IMG/VR virus record: IMGVR_UViG_3300020214_002251
Coordinates: 1-28,308 of that record
Direction: 5' to 3' (one strand)
Length of the DNA stretch: 28,308 nt
Origin: a virus
Lineage: Duplodnaviria > Caudoviricetes
Notes under the pieces: generated by a model
Told to the model about the DNA's origin: nothing
Seen by the model: the letters and a program-made list of their open reading frames with translations, nothing else
Database searches by the model: none
Shown here: positions 9,830-18,154 of the stretch, piece by piece
Numbering within the stretch: position 1 is the first letter of the stretch
Layout of the letters: the number at the start of each line of letters is the position of its first letter
Translations under genes and position numbers: made by a program

Positions 9830-10943
9830 GGTAGACCATGTCTAGAACAGTCTCACTAAAATAGCCATTAATGAATTTTGAAAAATCATGAGTCGTTATA
9901 GATTTATCTTTGCTGACCATAAATGAAAAGAGATCATTTATGTCCTTGACTTGTTGCAGATCAATTAAAGACTGTTGATCTGTGTGAAACTTTTTAATTG
10001 TATCAAATACCTTATTCCAGAGAAAAATTGAATAACCCTGCTTAATTAAGGTCATCATCTGATTCTTTCCAGCTTTGTCTCGGTCGAATATGATTCGGGT
10101 TCCGCTCTTTGACCCTAAATTTAATAAAATTGATCGAGCTTTACTGACGCCAGACGTTGCAATACAGTTTTCGACCAGCATTGAATCAAATTGGCCTTCT
10201 GCTAATAGAATCGGTTTAGCAAAATCAATGTTTAGGATATTGAAGTAATTATTTAGAAAATTCGCATCCTCAATAAGAGATCTTTCGATCTGCTTTTGAA
10301 CAAACATTGAGCTCAACTCAGTATAGCTCTTAATGATGTATTTGCGTTCAGCGTCAGCGCGTAAGCTTCTAGTTGCGAGGCCAAGTATTTTTCCAGATTT
10401 TCTATCAAAATTAAAAATGTAGATTCTAGAGCTAGTTGCATCAGTATAAAGAAAATCTCCATAATCAGGAATTCTGTCTAGATTTCGACCCTTAATAAAG
10501 ACAAGCGCTGCTGATTCTTCATCGACTAAATCAAGTCTTTTAAGTGAGAACCGATTAATTATGTCAGTTATCCTAATAAGTTTTGACGTATCTGACGTTA
10601 AGAATCTAACTAGTTGGTTGTCGACTCTTTTTATCTTAACGGTTGTATCCTCTTCAAGAATAAAAGTCGGCATCAATACTGAAAACCGACGGCTCATCTT
10701 TGATACGAATTCTGCAAGGCTCATGTATGTCATGCAGCCGTCATTAAAACATTTATAATGCTTAGTATCTAGGTATAGATTGCCACGCTTTTTACCGATC
10801 TTCTTTTGAGAGTCACCACAAATTGGACAGGCAAAGTTGAGCTTGTATTCAGTGCCGGTCTCAATCTTTTGCTTTTCTAGAGTATCTGGAAAACGTTTCT
10901 CTAAAACTAATTTAACAAATGCTACTACTTCGGATCGCTTCAC
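9825..10943 (-). CDS. gp61: DNA primase (T4 gp61-like)
   Basis: Zn-binding NFACPICGDS...RGNLY...YKCFNDGC; TOPRIM AEGQFDS, IFDRDKAG, KDIND; GTG start overlapping the polymerase TGA. Confidence 0.9.
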   Translation of the reverse strand: MKRSEVVAFVKLVLEKRFPDTLEKQKIETGTEYKLNFACPICGDSQKKIGKKRGNLYLDTKHYKCFNDGCMTYMSLAEFVSKMSRRFSVLMPTFILEEDTTVKIKRVDNQLVRFLTSDTSKLIRITDIINRFSLKRLDLVDEESAALVFIKGRNLDRIPDYGDFLYTDATSSRIYIFNFDRKSGKILGLATRSLRADAERKYIIKSYTELSSMFVQKQIERSLIEDANFLNNYFNILNIDFAKPILLAEGQFDSMLVENCIATSGVSKARSILLNLGSKSGTRIIFDRDKAGKNQMMTLIKQGYSIFLWNKVFDTIKKFHTDQQSLIDLQQVKDINDLFSFMVSKDKSITTHDFSKFINGYFSETVLDMVYL

Positions 10944-12568
10944 GTAGTTTCTTCTATAGTTTTAATCGGCTTGGGTTTAATTGCCAATTTATAAGCCTTA
11001 GTTAAGTCATATCCCATTTTATAATAATCTTTTCCCTGTTTTATGGCCTTTTCATATTTGTCAGTTTGTAACCAACTGCCGCCGTCTGACGAGTTAATTA
11101 TCTCGGACCAACCATTTTCTTTAAGATAGATCTTCATCACTTCTACTGGAATAGCAAATGGATCTTCAACTTGGATTCCAAGCTTTTTTGCAACGCGATC
11201 TCGGTATTTAACAAGTTCATGTTTAGGCACAATGACCGTATTTAAACCAAACTGTGAAATTGCTTGTAGATAAACTGTCATTAGGTCAGGAGGAATTTGT
11301 GCGTCAATGTTACCGATAAAACCTTGACAGCTTTCTGGAATTTTAGCATAGTCAAGAGTTTGACTGTGAACCGCATATAACGGATACATCTCCTCATCAG
11401 TAAAATCCTTTTTACGACTGCGTGATTTAACTAATTCTATATTTCTAGATAAGGATACAGTCAGTTCAGGATAACCCATTGCCTTTATGATCTTATTGAT
11501 TGGCTCAATGATCAATCTAAAGAACTGTTGTTGCTTATCAATTGGCGGCGCAAATTCTTCTGGATATGACCCGGGGGCATAACCGAAAATATCAAACTCA
11601 TATTCATTTGGCGCAGCATAATAAAAGCGAATCTTTGAGCCTGATTGAATGTAGTTATACTTTTGGTTGCCAGTCTTTTTTATAATGTGATTATGATAGG
11701 CAGCTGCTCTAGCATAAATCGAAATACCTTTTTCAAGTTGTAATGGAACCAACTTTTTTACATAATCATCATAAACTCGGATTGAAAAGTTAAAAGCAAT
11801 ATTGTCAATCGGTAATTGCTCAAATTCTTCACGAATTGCAGTTAGCTTTGGAATTAAGTCTTGCTCTAAGTCTAGTGATGTGCCGACTTCTAGTAAGTAT
11901 TCATATAACTGGTAGAGATTAGTTCTAGCCCAAACCGGATATGCTGCTTGAATTGCTTCAAGACCTTTAATGATGAGTGATTCTTTGGATAAGAGTTCTT
12001 CTTTTTTATTGTCTTTGTACGAGACTTTAAGAATGTATTTCTTTTTGGTTAACCAAATTGCAGATCGTGAGATATTCTCAAGCTCAAAGTCTTGCCGATT
12101 ATCTGTGTGAAAGTAGGCAGCATATCGAGTAAAAGCCTGCTTAAAATAGTCTTTAAGTCTATTTCGATTGATTGCTAAACAAAATTCAAGTGACTCCTTT
12201 GAATTAAGTTCTTGAGAAAGTCCTTCAACTGATTGAATTGCATAGTCAAAACAAATATAAACTGAGTCAGTATCCGTGTAAATTGCGGCCTCTTTATCGA
12301 TTTGCGTGATTGGTCGGCCAGCAATGCCAAGCTTTTTATGAAGTTCAGTATCGATGTGCCACTTTGCCATAAAATAGTGATTTATTGCCTTGATTGAGAA
12401 CTTAATTAGGTCCTGTCCTTGTAGAGTAATCGATTGCGCAATCTCGTTATTGTGGAAGTAGAAGTATCTGTTTCCAAAAGCACCATAAAATGAATTAATT
12501 AAGATTTTAATGGCGTTTTGCTTTAAATCCATTGACTTAATTACTTGTTCTTTTTCAGATCTTGTCAT
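10940..12568 (-). CDS. gp43: Family B DNA polymerase, C-terminal subunit (split gp43) with C-terminal extension
   Basis: Motif B KILINSFYG at aa ~21, motif C YTDTDS, KKKY, IKGLE. No exonuclease domain and no motif A. About 170 extra aa after the thumb. Confidence 0.88.
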   Translation of the reverse strand: MTRSEKEQVIKSMDLKQNAIKILINSFYGAFGNRYFYFHNNEIAQSITLQGQDLIKFSIKAINHYFMAKWHIDTELHKKLGIAGRPITQIDKEAAIYTDTDSVYICFDYAIQSVEGLSQELNSKESLEFCLAINRNRLKDYFKQAFTRYAAYFHTDNRQDFELENISRSAIWLTKKKYILKVSYKDNKKEELLSKESLIIKGLEAIQAAYPVWARTNLYQLYEYLLEVGTSLDLEQDLIPKLTAIREEFEQLPIDNIAFNFSIRVYDDYVKKLVPLQLEKGISIYARAAAYHNHIIKKTGNQKYNYIQSGSKIRFYYAAPNEYEFDIFGYAPGSYPEEFAPPIDKQQQFFRLIIEPINKIIKAMGYPELTVSLSRNIELVKSRSRKKDFTDEEMYPLYAVHSQTLDYAKIPESCQGFIGNIDAQIPPDLMTVYLQAISQFGLNTVIVPKHELVKYRDRVAKKLGIQVEDPFAIPVEVMKIYLKENGWSEIINSSDGGSWLQTDKYEKAIKQGKDYYKMGYDLTKAYKLAIKPKPIKTIEETT

Positions 12569-12590
12569 TTTTTGAATGGCGGTATACTGT

Positions 12591-12617
12591 TTTGTACAAT
12601 TAACTAGATCGAAGTTT
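12591..12617 (-). promoter_or_regulatory. Putative early/middle promoter AAAC-N17-TACAAA
   Basis: Reverse complement AAACttcgatctagttaattgTACAAA upstream of the polymerase ATG. Confidence 0.5.
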
Positions 12618-12638
12618 ATCTAGTGAGTATAATCTTAA

Positions 12639-12645
12639 ATAAATA
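12639..12645 (+). promoter_or_regulatory. Putative late promoter ATAAATA
   Basis: Upstream of ATG 12663 in a divergent intergenic region. Confidence 0.55.
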
Positions 12646-12662
12646 CTAAAAAGACGATTAAA

Positions 12663-13283
12663 ATGGCAGCCTTGCTCATGCAAGATAGAGTGATTTTAAA
12701 CAAAAAGTATCCATTTTTGGTGAATTTTCCATTTTCTGAATTTTCGTTAGAGGTTGGAGAAATTCCCTATGGCCTAAAAGGCGTTTCAATATCTGACGAA
12801 GATGGCTATGACCCAAAGTTAGCCAAATACTCATCGCCGATCATTAGGTTCGTCTATGAAAAGGATTCTAGATTTTCAATTAATATTCATGAAACGGATC
12901 TTGTTTGGGTTCACCGTCGGGCCGAAACGGTTATCGAATTGGATGTCATTTCACAGATCCTAAATCAAGGGCTCGTGACAACAGACCTATTAACTAAGCG
13001 CGACTGCACTGAAATAGCTGATGATTGGATTAAGAAGCTGGCTGATTCAAAAACAATGCTGGCATATTCAACATTTAGTGACGTTTTAGCAGTACTGATA
13101 GGAGATAAACAAATTAAAGATACTGTCCAGTTGATAAATAGCATTAACCGGCTTTCCGACAAAAAAGGATTAGTTAAGTTAAGCAAGGACGAATATGCAA
13201 TTATTGATGCGTACTATAACTTTCGTTTGATTTATACGAAGCTAATTCTTGGAGTTGTCATTGCCTCAAAAATATCTCTGTAA
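12663..13283 (+). CDS. Hypothetical protein
   Basis: 206-aa ORF, A-rich leader, no family recognised. Confidence 0.75.
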   Translation: MAALLMQDRVILNKKYPFLVNFPFSEFSLEVGEIPYGLKGVSISDEDGYDPKLAKYSSPIIRFVYEKDSRFSINIHETDLVWVHRRAETVIELDVISQILNQGLVTTDLLTKRDCTEIADDWIKKLADSKTMLAYSTFSDVLAVLIGDKQIKDTVQLINSINRLSDKKGLVKLSKDEYAIIDAYYNFRLIYTKLILGVVIASKISL

Positions 13284-13284
13284 G

Positions 13285-13695
13285 ATGCAAACTGAGATGG
13301 ATTTATTTATAAAGTACCTCTATTCAGTTGAGGAATCTTTTGAAACTCTTACTAAAGATCAGTTTCAAAAATTGTGCCTTATCCAAACCAAAGTAACAGA
13401 ATTAGTCGATAAAGTAGACAAAATATTTAATGAGGTCAAAACCCAGCAAATTCAGCAAGCAGACCAGCCTGTTTCGGTTCCAGTATTAGAGCCGGTCGCC
13501 ATATCGGAAAAAAAGGTAATTGGGTTTGGCGAGTTTATAATAGAGAAAATTGCAAGGCGTGGAGATAAATGGGTTGTTCTTGATTCAAAAGGTAAAAAGG
13601 TACTCGGTACCCATCCATCAAAGGAAAAAGCAGTTAAACAATTGCAAGCTATTGAAATTTCAAAAATGAAAGCTAAAGGTACTTGGAAAAAATGA
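13285..13695 (+). CDS. Hypothetical protein with C-terminal small basic beta-beta-beta-alpha-like domain
   Basis: ATG 13285 right after the upstream TAA is preferred over TTG 13249; ISE-KKVIGFGEFIIE then KIARRGDKWVVLDSKGKKVLGTHPSKEKAVKQLQAIE. Confidence 0.75.
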   Translation: MQTEMDLFIKYLYSVEESFETLTKDQFQKLCLIQTKVTELVDKVDKIFNEVKTQQIQQADQPVSVPVLEPVAISEKKVIGFGEFIIEKIARRGDKWVVLDSKGKKVLGTHPSKEKAVKQLQAIEISKMKAKGTWKK

Positions 13696-14477
13696 AATTC
13701 CTAAAGAAATTTTCAAATTTTATAAATGAATCTTATTACCTTGAGAACCGTGATCGACTCGTTGATACCTATACTAGACTATTAGATGAGCTATCTAATT
13801 TTAATCAGGAATTAGCTGATGCCCTTCAGGAACTAGACTCTAAAGTTGATGAGTTAGACAGTAGAGAATGGGGCTACAATAGATATTCACGAGATCTTGA
13901 GGCTCACTATGCAATAGATGTTAAACTATATGCAGACGTAAGCTTAGAAGATTATAAAAAGGCTAGCGGCAACGATGAAGCATCAAATGATGATTTGGAC
14001 AGAGCCTGGTGGAATTGGTTAGAGTTTGAAACTGATGATTTTATTAATAATGTGTTCTTAGCTAAATATGGCGATGTATTTAAAGAAGTGCGTATGCTTG
14101 GCCAAAGTGGGGGATGGATGTGTCCAGTTCCAGAGTCTTCGTTAACTGATATTTTAGAAAACATTGAAGCACAAATGGACGAGTATAATAGCTCAATTCA
14201 AAATCTTGAAATTGACGAGCTTGCTGATATTAGAGCAATTCATGAGTATGAACCCAGCGAAAGAGATAGATTGACAGATTTAGGCCTAGTCCGAGGAAAA
14301 TCGGACATGGCATACGCTGATCTTACCGATCAAAAGATGGAGGTACTTAGATTAATTGAGGATGAGATTGGCGTACTTGCTCGTCACGAAGAGGCTCTAA
14401 TATTCATTAAGAATGAACACATAAAATTTGAGAAAAACGCCAAAGCGAATTTTCTTAACTTTGTGAATGAGAGTTAA
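13692..14477 (+). CDS. Acidic hypothetical protein, probable internal head protein
   Basis: ATGA overlap start; MKFLKKFSNFINE N-terminus and ANFLNFVNES C-terminus; GQSGGW motif; D/E-rich. Confidence 0.78.
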   Translation: MKFLKKFSNFINESYYLENRDRLVDTYTRLLDELSNFNQELADALQELDSKVDELDSREWGYNRYSRDLEAHYAIDVKLYADVSLEDYKKASGNDEASNDDLDRAWWNWLEFETDDFINNVFLAKYGDVFKEVRMLGQSGGWMCPVPESSLTDILENIEAQMDEYNSSIQNLEIDELADIRAIHEYEPSERDRLTDLGLVRGKSDMAYADLTDQKMEVLRLIEDEIGVLARHEEALIFIKNEHIKFEKNAKANFLNFVNES

Positions 14478-16011
14478 TTCTAAATTTGAGCAGCTCAAAC
14501 TGGTGTTTTGACACAATAAACTTTTCCCGATTGTAGATTTTTTCCCTAGTCGCTCCGTGCTTTACAATGTATCCATTAAGGTCATCAATTAAATCATAAA
14601 CGACTACTTCATGCTTACCAGCTAATTGGCGCATACCTCGACCAATCGACTGTCTAATTGTGATTTCTGATTTGTAGCTCTCTGCAAAAATGATATGGTT
14701 GACATTTTTAAGGTCAATGCCAGTAGAAAAAGTTCCATATGATGCAACTAATACTACACCTTGGCCTTTTTCCATTGCATTTTTATAAGAAGCTCGATCC
14801 CGGTCGCCGACTTCGCCATCGATATAATAGCAGTTTTCATTCCATTCTCTAATTTGGTTAGCAATTTTAGCTCCATATTGGTCTTTAACGTTAATGAATA
14901 GGATAAGCTTATTGCCATCAAGTTTTCGACAGAGGCTTGATATAAAATTTATTCGTGGCTCATAACTAACAATAAACTCACGTTCCATCGTAAACATGGC
15001 TTTACCATCAATTGATTTATTATTCGCTTTGAGCCATAGATACTTTTTAACCCACGGTTCGTCTTCTGGGTATTTAAGCTTTATCATTTTAATGTATACA
15101 TTTGGCGAGTGCTGCTGCTCAATTAAAAAACTTGGCTTAAGGACCATCGATAATGGACCTAAATACTGTTGGATCTTAAAAAAGTCAGAGTACTCTTCCT
15201 CAACTTTAATTGTGCCAGAGAGTCCCAGCTTATATTCTGCATTTTTAGAAGATAATAAGATATTTTTAATTGAATCCCCTCTTGACGTATGGGCCTCGTC
15301 AATACATAATACTGAGAAATTTAAAAACCATTCAGGTTCTCGATTAGCTAAACTCTGGTAAGTTGAAATAACTAGATCAGCTTCTTCAAACTTTTTATCT
15401 GAATACTTATTTGATCCGCCTATCTGCATTATTTTATAATTAAGTAAACCAGTTTGATATTCCTTTTCAAACTTTTCAGCAGTTTGGCCGACTAACGAAA
15501 TATTTGGAACAACAATCAGGGCTTTTTTGTCTGTTGAGACAATACCCTTTCTTTTAAGAAAGGAGATATAAATGTAAAGAATTAGCGTCTTACCGGCGGA
15601 AGTAGCAAGCTCTTGTGCACAAAATTTATACTTAAGGGCTCGGTGAGCTGCTTCCATTTGATAGTCTCGAGTATCAATATTAGATCCATCTAAGAGAACT
15701 GACGTAAACTTCTCCAACATCTCTCTAGTAAAATCTAAATTAAGTAAAGAGTCTAAACCTTCGATTTCAATTTCATAACCAAAGTTTTGTCCAAACTTTA
15801 TTACTTCTCGCCAAAGGCCAATGCCTATTCGATTTTCTGAGTCTATAAATTTATCATAGCCATCCCAAAGCCTTCTCTTATAAAGAACATTAAAGTGATA
15901 GCCTTTTTGACGTTTGCGAAAGTGCAGTTTGAGGTCTTTAGCCTCTTTTTTTAGATCCGAATGGATTAATTGCAGGTATTGACGATCATCGGTAACTTTA
16001 AATCTTAGCAA
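14455..16011 (-). CDS. uvsW: SF2 DNA helicase UvsW
   Basis: WDG, RDYQ, ATSAGKT, IVVPNISLVGQ, ISTYQSL, IDEAH, GLSGT, ASYGTFSTGID, QSIGRGMR, YDLIDD; TTG start. Confidence 0.92.
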   Translation of the reverse strand: MLRFKVTDDRQYLQLIHSDLKKEAKDLKLHFRKRQKGYHFNVLYKRRLWDGYDKFIDSENRIGIGLWREVIKFGQNFGYEIEIEGLDSLLNLDFTREMLEKFTSVLLDGSNIDTRDYQMEAAHRALKYKFCAQELATSAGKTLILYIYISFLKRKGIVSTDKKALIVVPNISLVGQTAEKFEKEYQTGLLNYKIMQIGGSNKYSDKKFEEADLVISTYQSLANREPEWFLNFSVLCIDEAHTSRGDSIKNILLSSKNAEYKLGLSGTIKVEEEYSDFFKIQQYLGPLSMVLKPSFLIEQQHSPNVYIKMIKLKYPEDEPWVKKYLWLKANNKSIDGKAMFTMEREFIVSYEPRINFISSLCRKLDGNKLILFINVKDQYGAKIANQIREWNENCYYIDGEVGDRDRASYKNAMEKGQGVVLVASYGTFSTGIDLKNVNHIIFAESYKSEITIRQSIGRGMRQLAGKHEVVVYDLIDDLNGYIVKHGATREKIYNREKFIVSKHQFELLKFRINSHSQS

Positions 16012-16026
16012 AACTCATAAACATTT

Positions 16027-16461
16027 TTAACCGAGAAGTTTTTCTACATCGACTCGGGTTTTCAAACCAAATAGAACAGCATCGACGGTCTTAATCGATT
16101 CTGCATAGAATGCAATTTGATTTTCAATTTGTTCTAATTTTTCCTTGATATCGGCGGTCTTGCCGTCAACGATTGTTGCCTTTTCATTGGAATTGTACCT
16201 CATTTGCATGCTTTTTGAAGTATCAACCCACTCCTCTCCCTTACGTTCACGGTAGGTCTTTTTAAGACGGGTAAAGTGTTCGAGTAAAGTATGATTCTCT
16301 TCAAGCAAACGCTGGCGTAAACTCAAAAAAGTAACCTGGACTTGTGACATCTTCTTGATGTTGTCCAATAACTTAATGCCATCATAAATCTCTGAAGAAA
16401 ATACTTCTCGTTTTTCTTTAAAGACTTGGGCTACTGATTTCTTTTGAGTTTCTTCCTGCAT
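16027..16461 (-). CDS. uvsY: Recombination mediator UvsY-like
   Basis: 144-aa helical protein directly upstream of uvsW; C-terminal IKTVDAVLFGLKTRVDVEKLLG parallels the UvsY ending. Confidence 0.65.
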   Translation of the reverse strand: MQEETQKKSVAQVFKEKREVFSSEIYDGIKLLDNIKKMSQVQVTFLSLRQRLLEENHTLLEHFTRLKKTYRERKGEEWVDTSKSMQMRYNSNEKATIVDGKTADIKEKLEQIENQIAFYAESIKTVDAVLFGLKTRVDVEKLLG

Positions 16462-16467
16462 CTGTTT

Positions 16468-16494
16468 ATTTTACCTAAATTGCTCAGCAAGTTT
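16468..16494 (-). promoter_or_regulatory. Putative early/middle promoter AAAC-N17-TAAAAT
   Basis: Reverse complement AAACttgctgagcaatttaggTAAAAT, ending 6 nt before the uvsY ATG. Confidence 0.55.
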
Positions 16495-16964
16495 TATCTG
16501 ATAAACGTGTAGTAAACACTTTCCAATTGGTAAAAATCAGAGCGAAAGTCCTGAATGTTTGTGCTTGAGTAAATATCATTGCCAATAATGTGGTGATCTC
16601 CATTCTTATAGAAAACTCCAACCCGGCCATCATATAGACAAATTATTGAGTCTAATGAATAGTATTTGATTGAACCCTTGACAATAGATTTAAAGTCTTC
16701 GGTAGAAACAGTAGTTCCGTCATTTGTGATAAAGATGCTAGGTACTTTTAATCTGCGTATACCAGACCTAGGCTCTATTGCGTGTAGTACCTGTAAAACA
16801 TATTTTAACTTGCCGAATTTGTCCAAGTCTAATAGGAATTGATTGTACTGCTTAGCGTTTAAAAAGTTGTAAATAGCGAACGGTTTCTGTGACTGTACGC
16901 AATCCCGAATAGCCGAATAACGGTTACCTTGGATCTCTCTAGTCTTTCTGATTACTTTTTCCAT
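16494..16964 (-). CDS. Hypothetical protein
   Basis: 156-aa ORF preceded by a minus-strand ATAAATA; no family recognised. Confidence 0.72.
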   Translation of the reverse strand: MEKVIRKTREIQGNRYSAIRDCVQSQKPFAIYNFLNAKQYNQFLLDLDKFGKLKYVLQVLHAIEPRSGIRRLKVPSIFITNDGTTVSTEDFKSIVKGSIKYYSLDSIICLYDGRVGVFYKNGDHHIIGNDIYSSTNIQDFRSDFYQLESVYYTFIR

Positions 16965-16985
16965 TGAAATTGTGTAAATTAGTAT

Positions 16986-17013
16986 AAACTACTTAGTTAT
17001 TTATCAGTAAAAT
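16986..17013. promoter_or_regulatory. Overlapping divergent promoters: + AAAC-N18-TAAAAT and - ATAAATA (16998-17004)
   Basis: 57-bp divergent intergenic region containing both motifs, one nested in the other. Confidence 0.5.
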
Positions 17014-17021
17014 ATGTAATT

Positions 17022-17549
17022 ATGGCGAAATTACAAGTATTCGATTTTGATGAAACTTTATTCAGGGTTCCGGGCTACGTTTGCAAAGAGGCAACCGGTT
17101 TAACCCCATATGAATGGTTTGATTCACCAAAATCATTGGACCAGTCCTTTAATATAAGGGGCATTGAAAATGTGATTCTTAGAGCTAGGGACACAGCTGC
17201 AATTAATATTTTGATAACGAATCGAGTCGTTGAAACTAGGGATGCTGTGATTGACTTGCTAATTTCAAAAAATATCAGATTTGATAAGCTCTATTTTTTA
17301 GGTAGATCTGGTAAAAAGGTAGACGTATTAATAAATTGGTTAAGAGAGGAAGACGAGGTTGATGAACTTGTTATCTATGAAGACTCTTTATATCAAATAA
17401 TCGAGTATACTGTCGGTTTACGCGATTATGGATTTGTTGAAAATGTTAAATTTGTACTTGTTGATAAGAATAAGATTATCGAATTTGATATGATGACTGC
17501 TTGTGAAATTGAAGATTATTCAAATATTACTAGATTAAATATTATATGA
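17022..17549 (+). CDS. HAD phosphatase (Swiss-army-knife RNA-repair-like HAD)
   Basis: LQVFDFDETLFRVP...WFDSPKSL, LITNR, KK, IYEDS. Confidence 0.75.
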   Translation: MAKLQVFDFDETLFRVPGYVCKEATGLTPYEWFDSPKSLDQSFNIRGIENVILRARDTAAINILITNRVVETRDAVIDLLISKNIRFDKLYFLGRSGKKVDVLINWLREEDEVDELVIYEDSLYQIIEYTVGLRDYGFVENVKFVLVDKNKIIEFDMMTACEIEDYSNITRLNII

Positions 17550-18148
17550 TATTATTTGTTGAAGGCCCAAGACACAGTGGCAAAACTCATTTAATTAAAC
17601 AGTTTATTAGTCAATGCAGTGATCCTAGAGTTGAATACTATAAGTTTTATTTCGCAAATCACTTAAAGGCTCTGCAACTCGAATGGCAAGAAGATCAACC
17701 CGGTCTACATTATTTTAGTCTAGGCAATATTTTAACCATTTTAGAAATGAACCAGCGCGAAGCTTATCATGATAGGATTTGGATATTTGACCGAGCTATC
17801 ATATCGGCCTATGCTTGGGCAATTTTAAGAGGCAGACTGACTCACGATAGAGCGCACTCAGAAGCGCATAAATTATTATCTTCCGCTCTCTATCGTAACT
17901 GTAAAACTATATTTGTAGCGGCTGATGGCCAAACTGATGATAATACTCGTAAAAAAGATCACTGGGATGCAACTGTTAAAACTGAAGATGAATCGTATTT
18001 AATGCTTGATCTAATCCAGAACAACCTATATGACATTTCTGACTTAAATAGGGGCAATGGATTTTACTCAATTAAAAACACTTTTGACCAAGTTGCGGTC
18101 ACCTTCTTTATTGAATCTTGTAATTCCGCACTTGGTTTGAATAAATAA
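17546..18148 (+). CDS. P-loop kinase (thymidylate/NMP kinase-like)
   Basis: MILFVEGPRHSGKT Walker A; IFDRAIISAY matches the TMK-type DR...S motif; ATGA-coupled to the HAD gene. Confidence 0.75.
   Translation: MILFVEGPRHSGKTHLIKQFISQCSDPRVEYYKFYFANHLKALQLEWQEDQPGLHYFSLGNILTILEMNQREAYHDRIWIFDRAIISAYAWAILRGRLTHDRAHSEAHKLLSSALYRNCKTIFVAADGQTDDNTRKKDHWDATVKTEDESYLMLDLIQNNLYDISDLNRGNGFYSIKNTFDQVAVTFFIESCNSALGLNK
18141..18147 (+). promoter_or_regulatory. Putative late promoter ATAAATA
   Basis: Ends 7 nt before ATG 18155 and overlaps the kinase stop codon. Confidence 0.55.
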
Positions 18149-18154
18149 CCAAGT

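Noticed and set aside
12500-12662. Split intein or group I intron explaining the truncated polymerase
   Set aside because: No intein C-terminal motif before motif B, and the 94-bp spacer holds only promoter-like motifs.
1615-15361. Short ORFs antisense or out of frame within long genes (1615, 4184, 4436, 5460, 5506, 7643, 8179, 8616, 10561, 12965, 13952, 14996)
   Set aside because: They overlap well-supported genes and have no motifs; treated as shadow ORFs.
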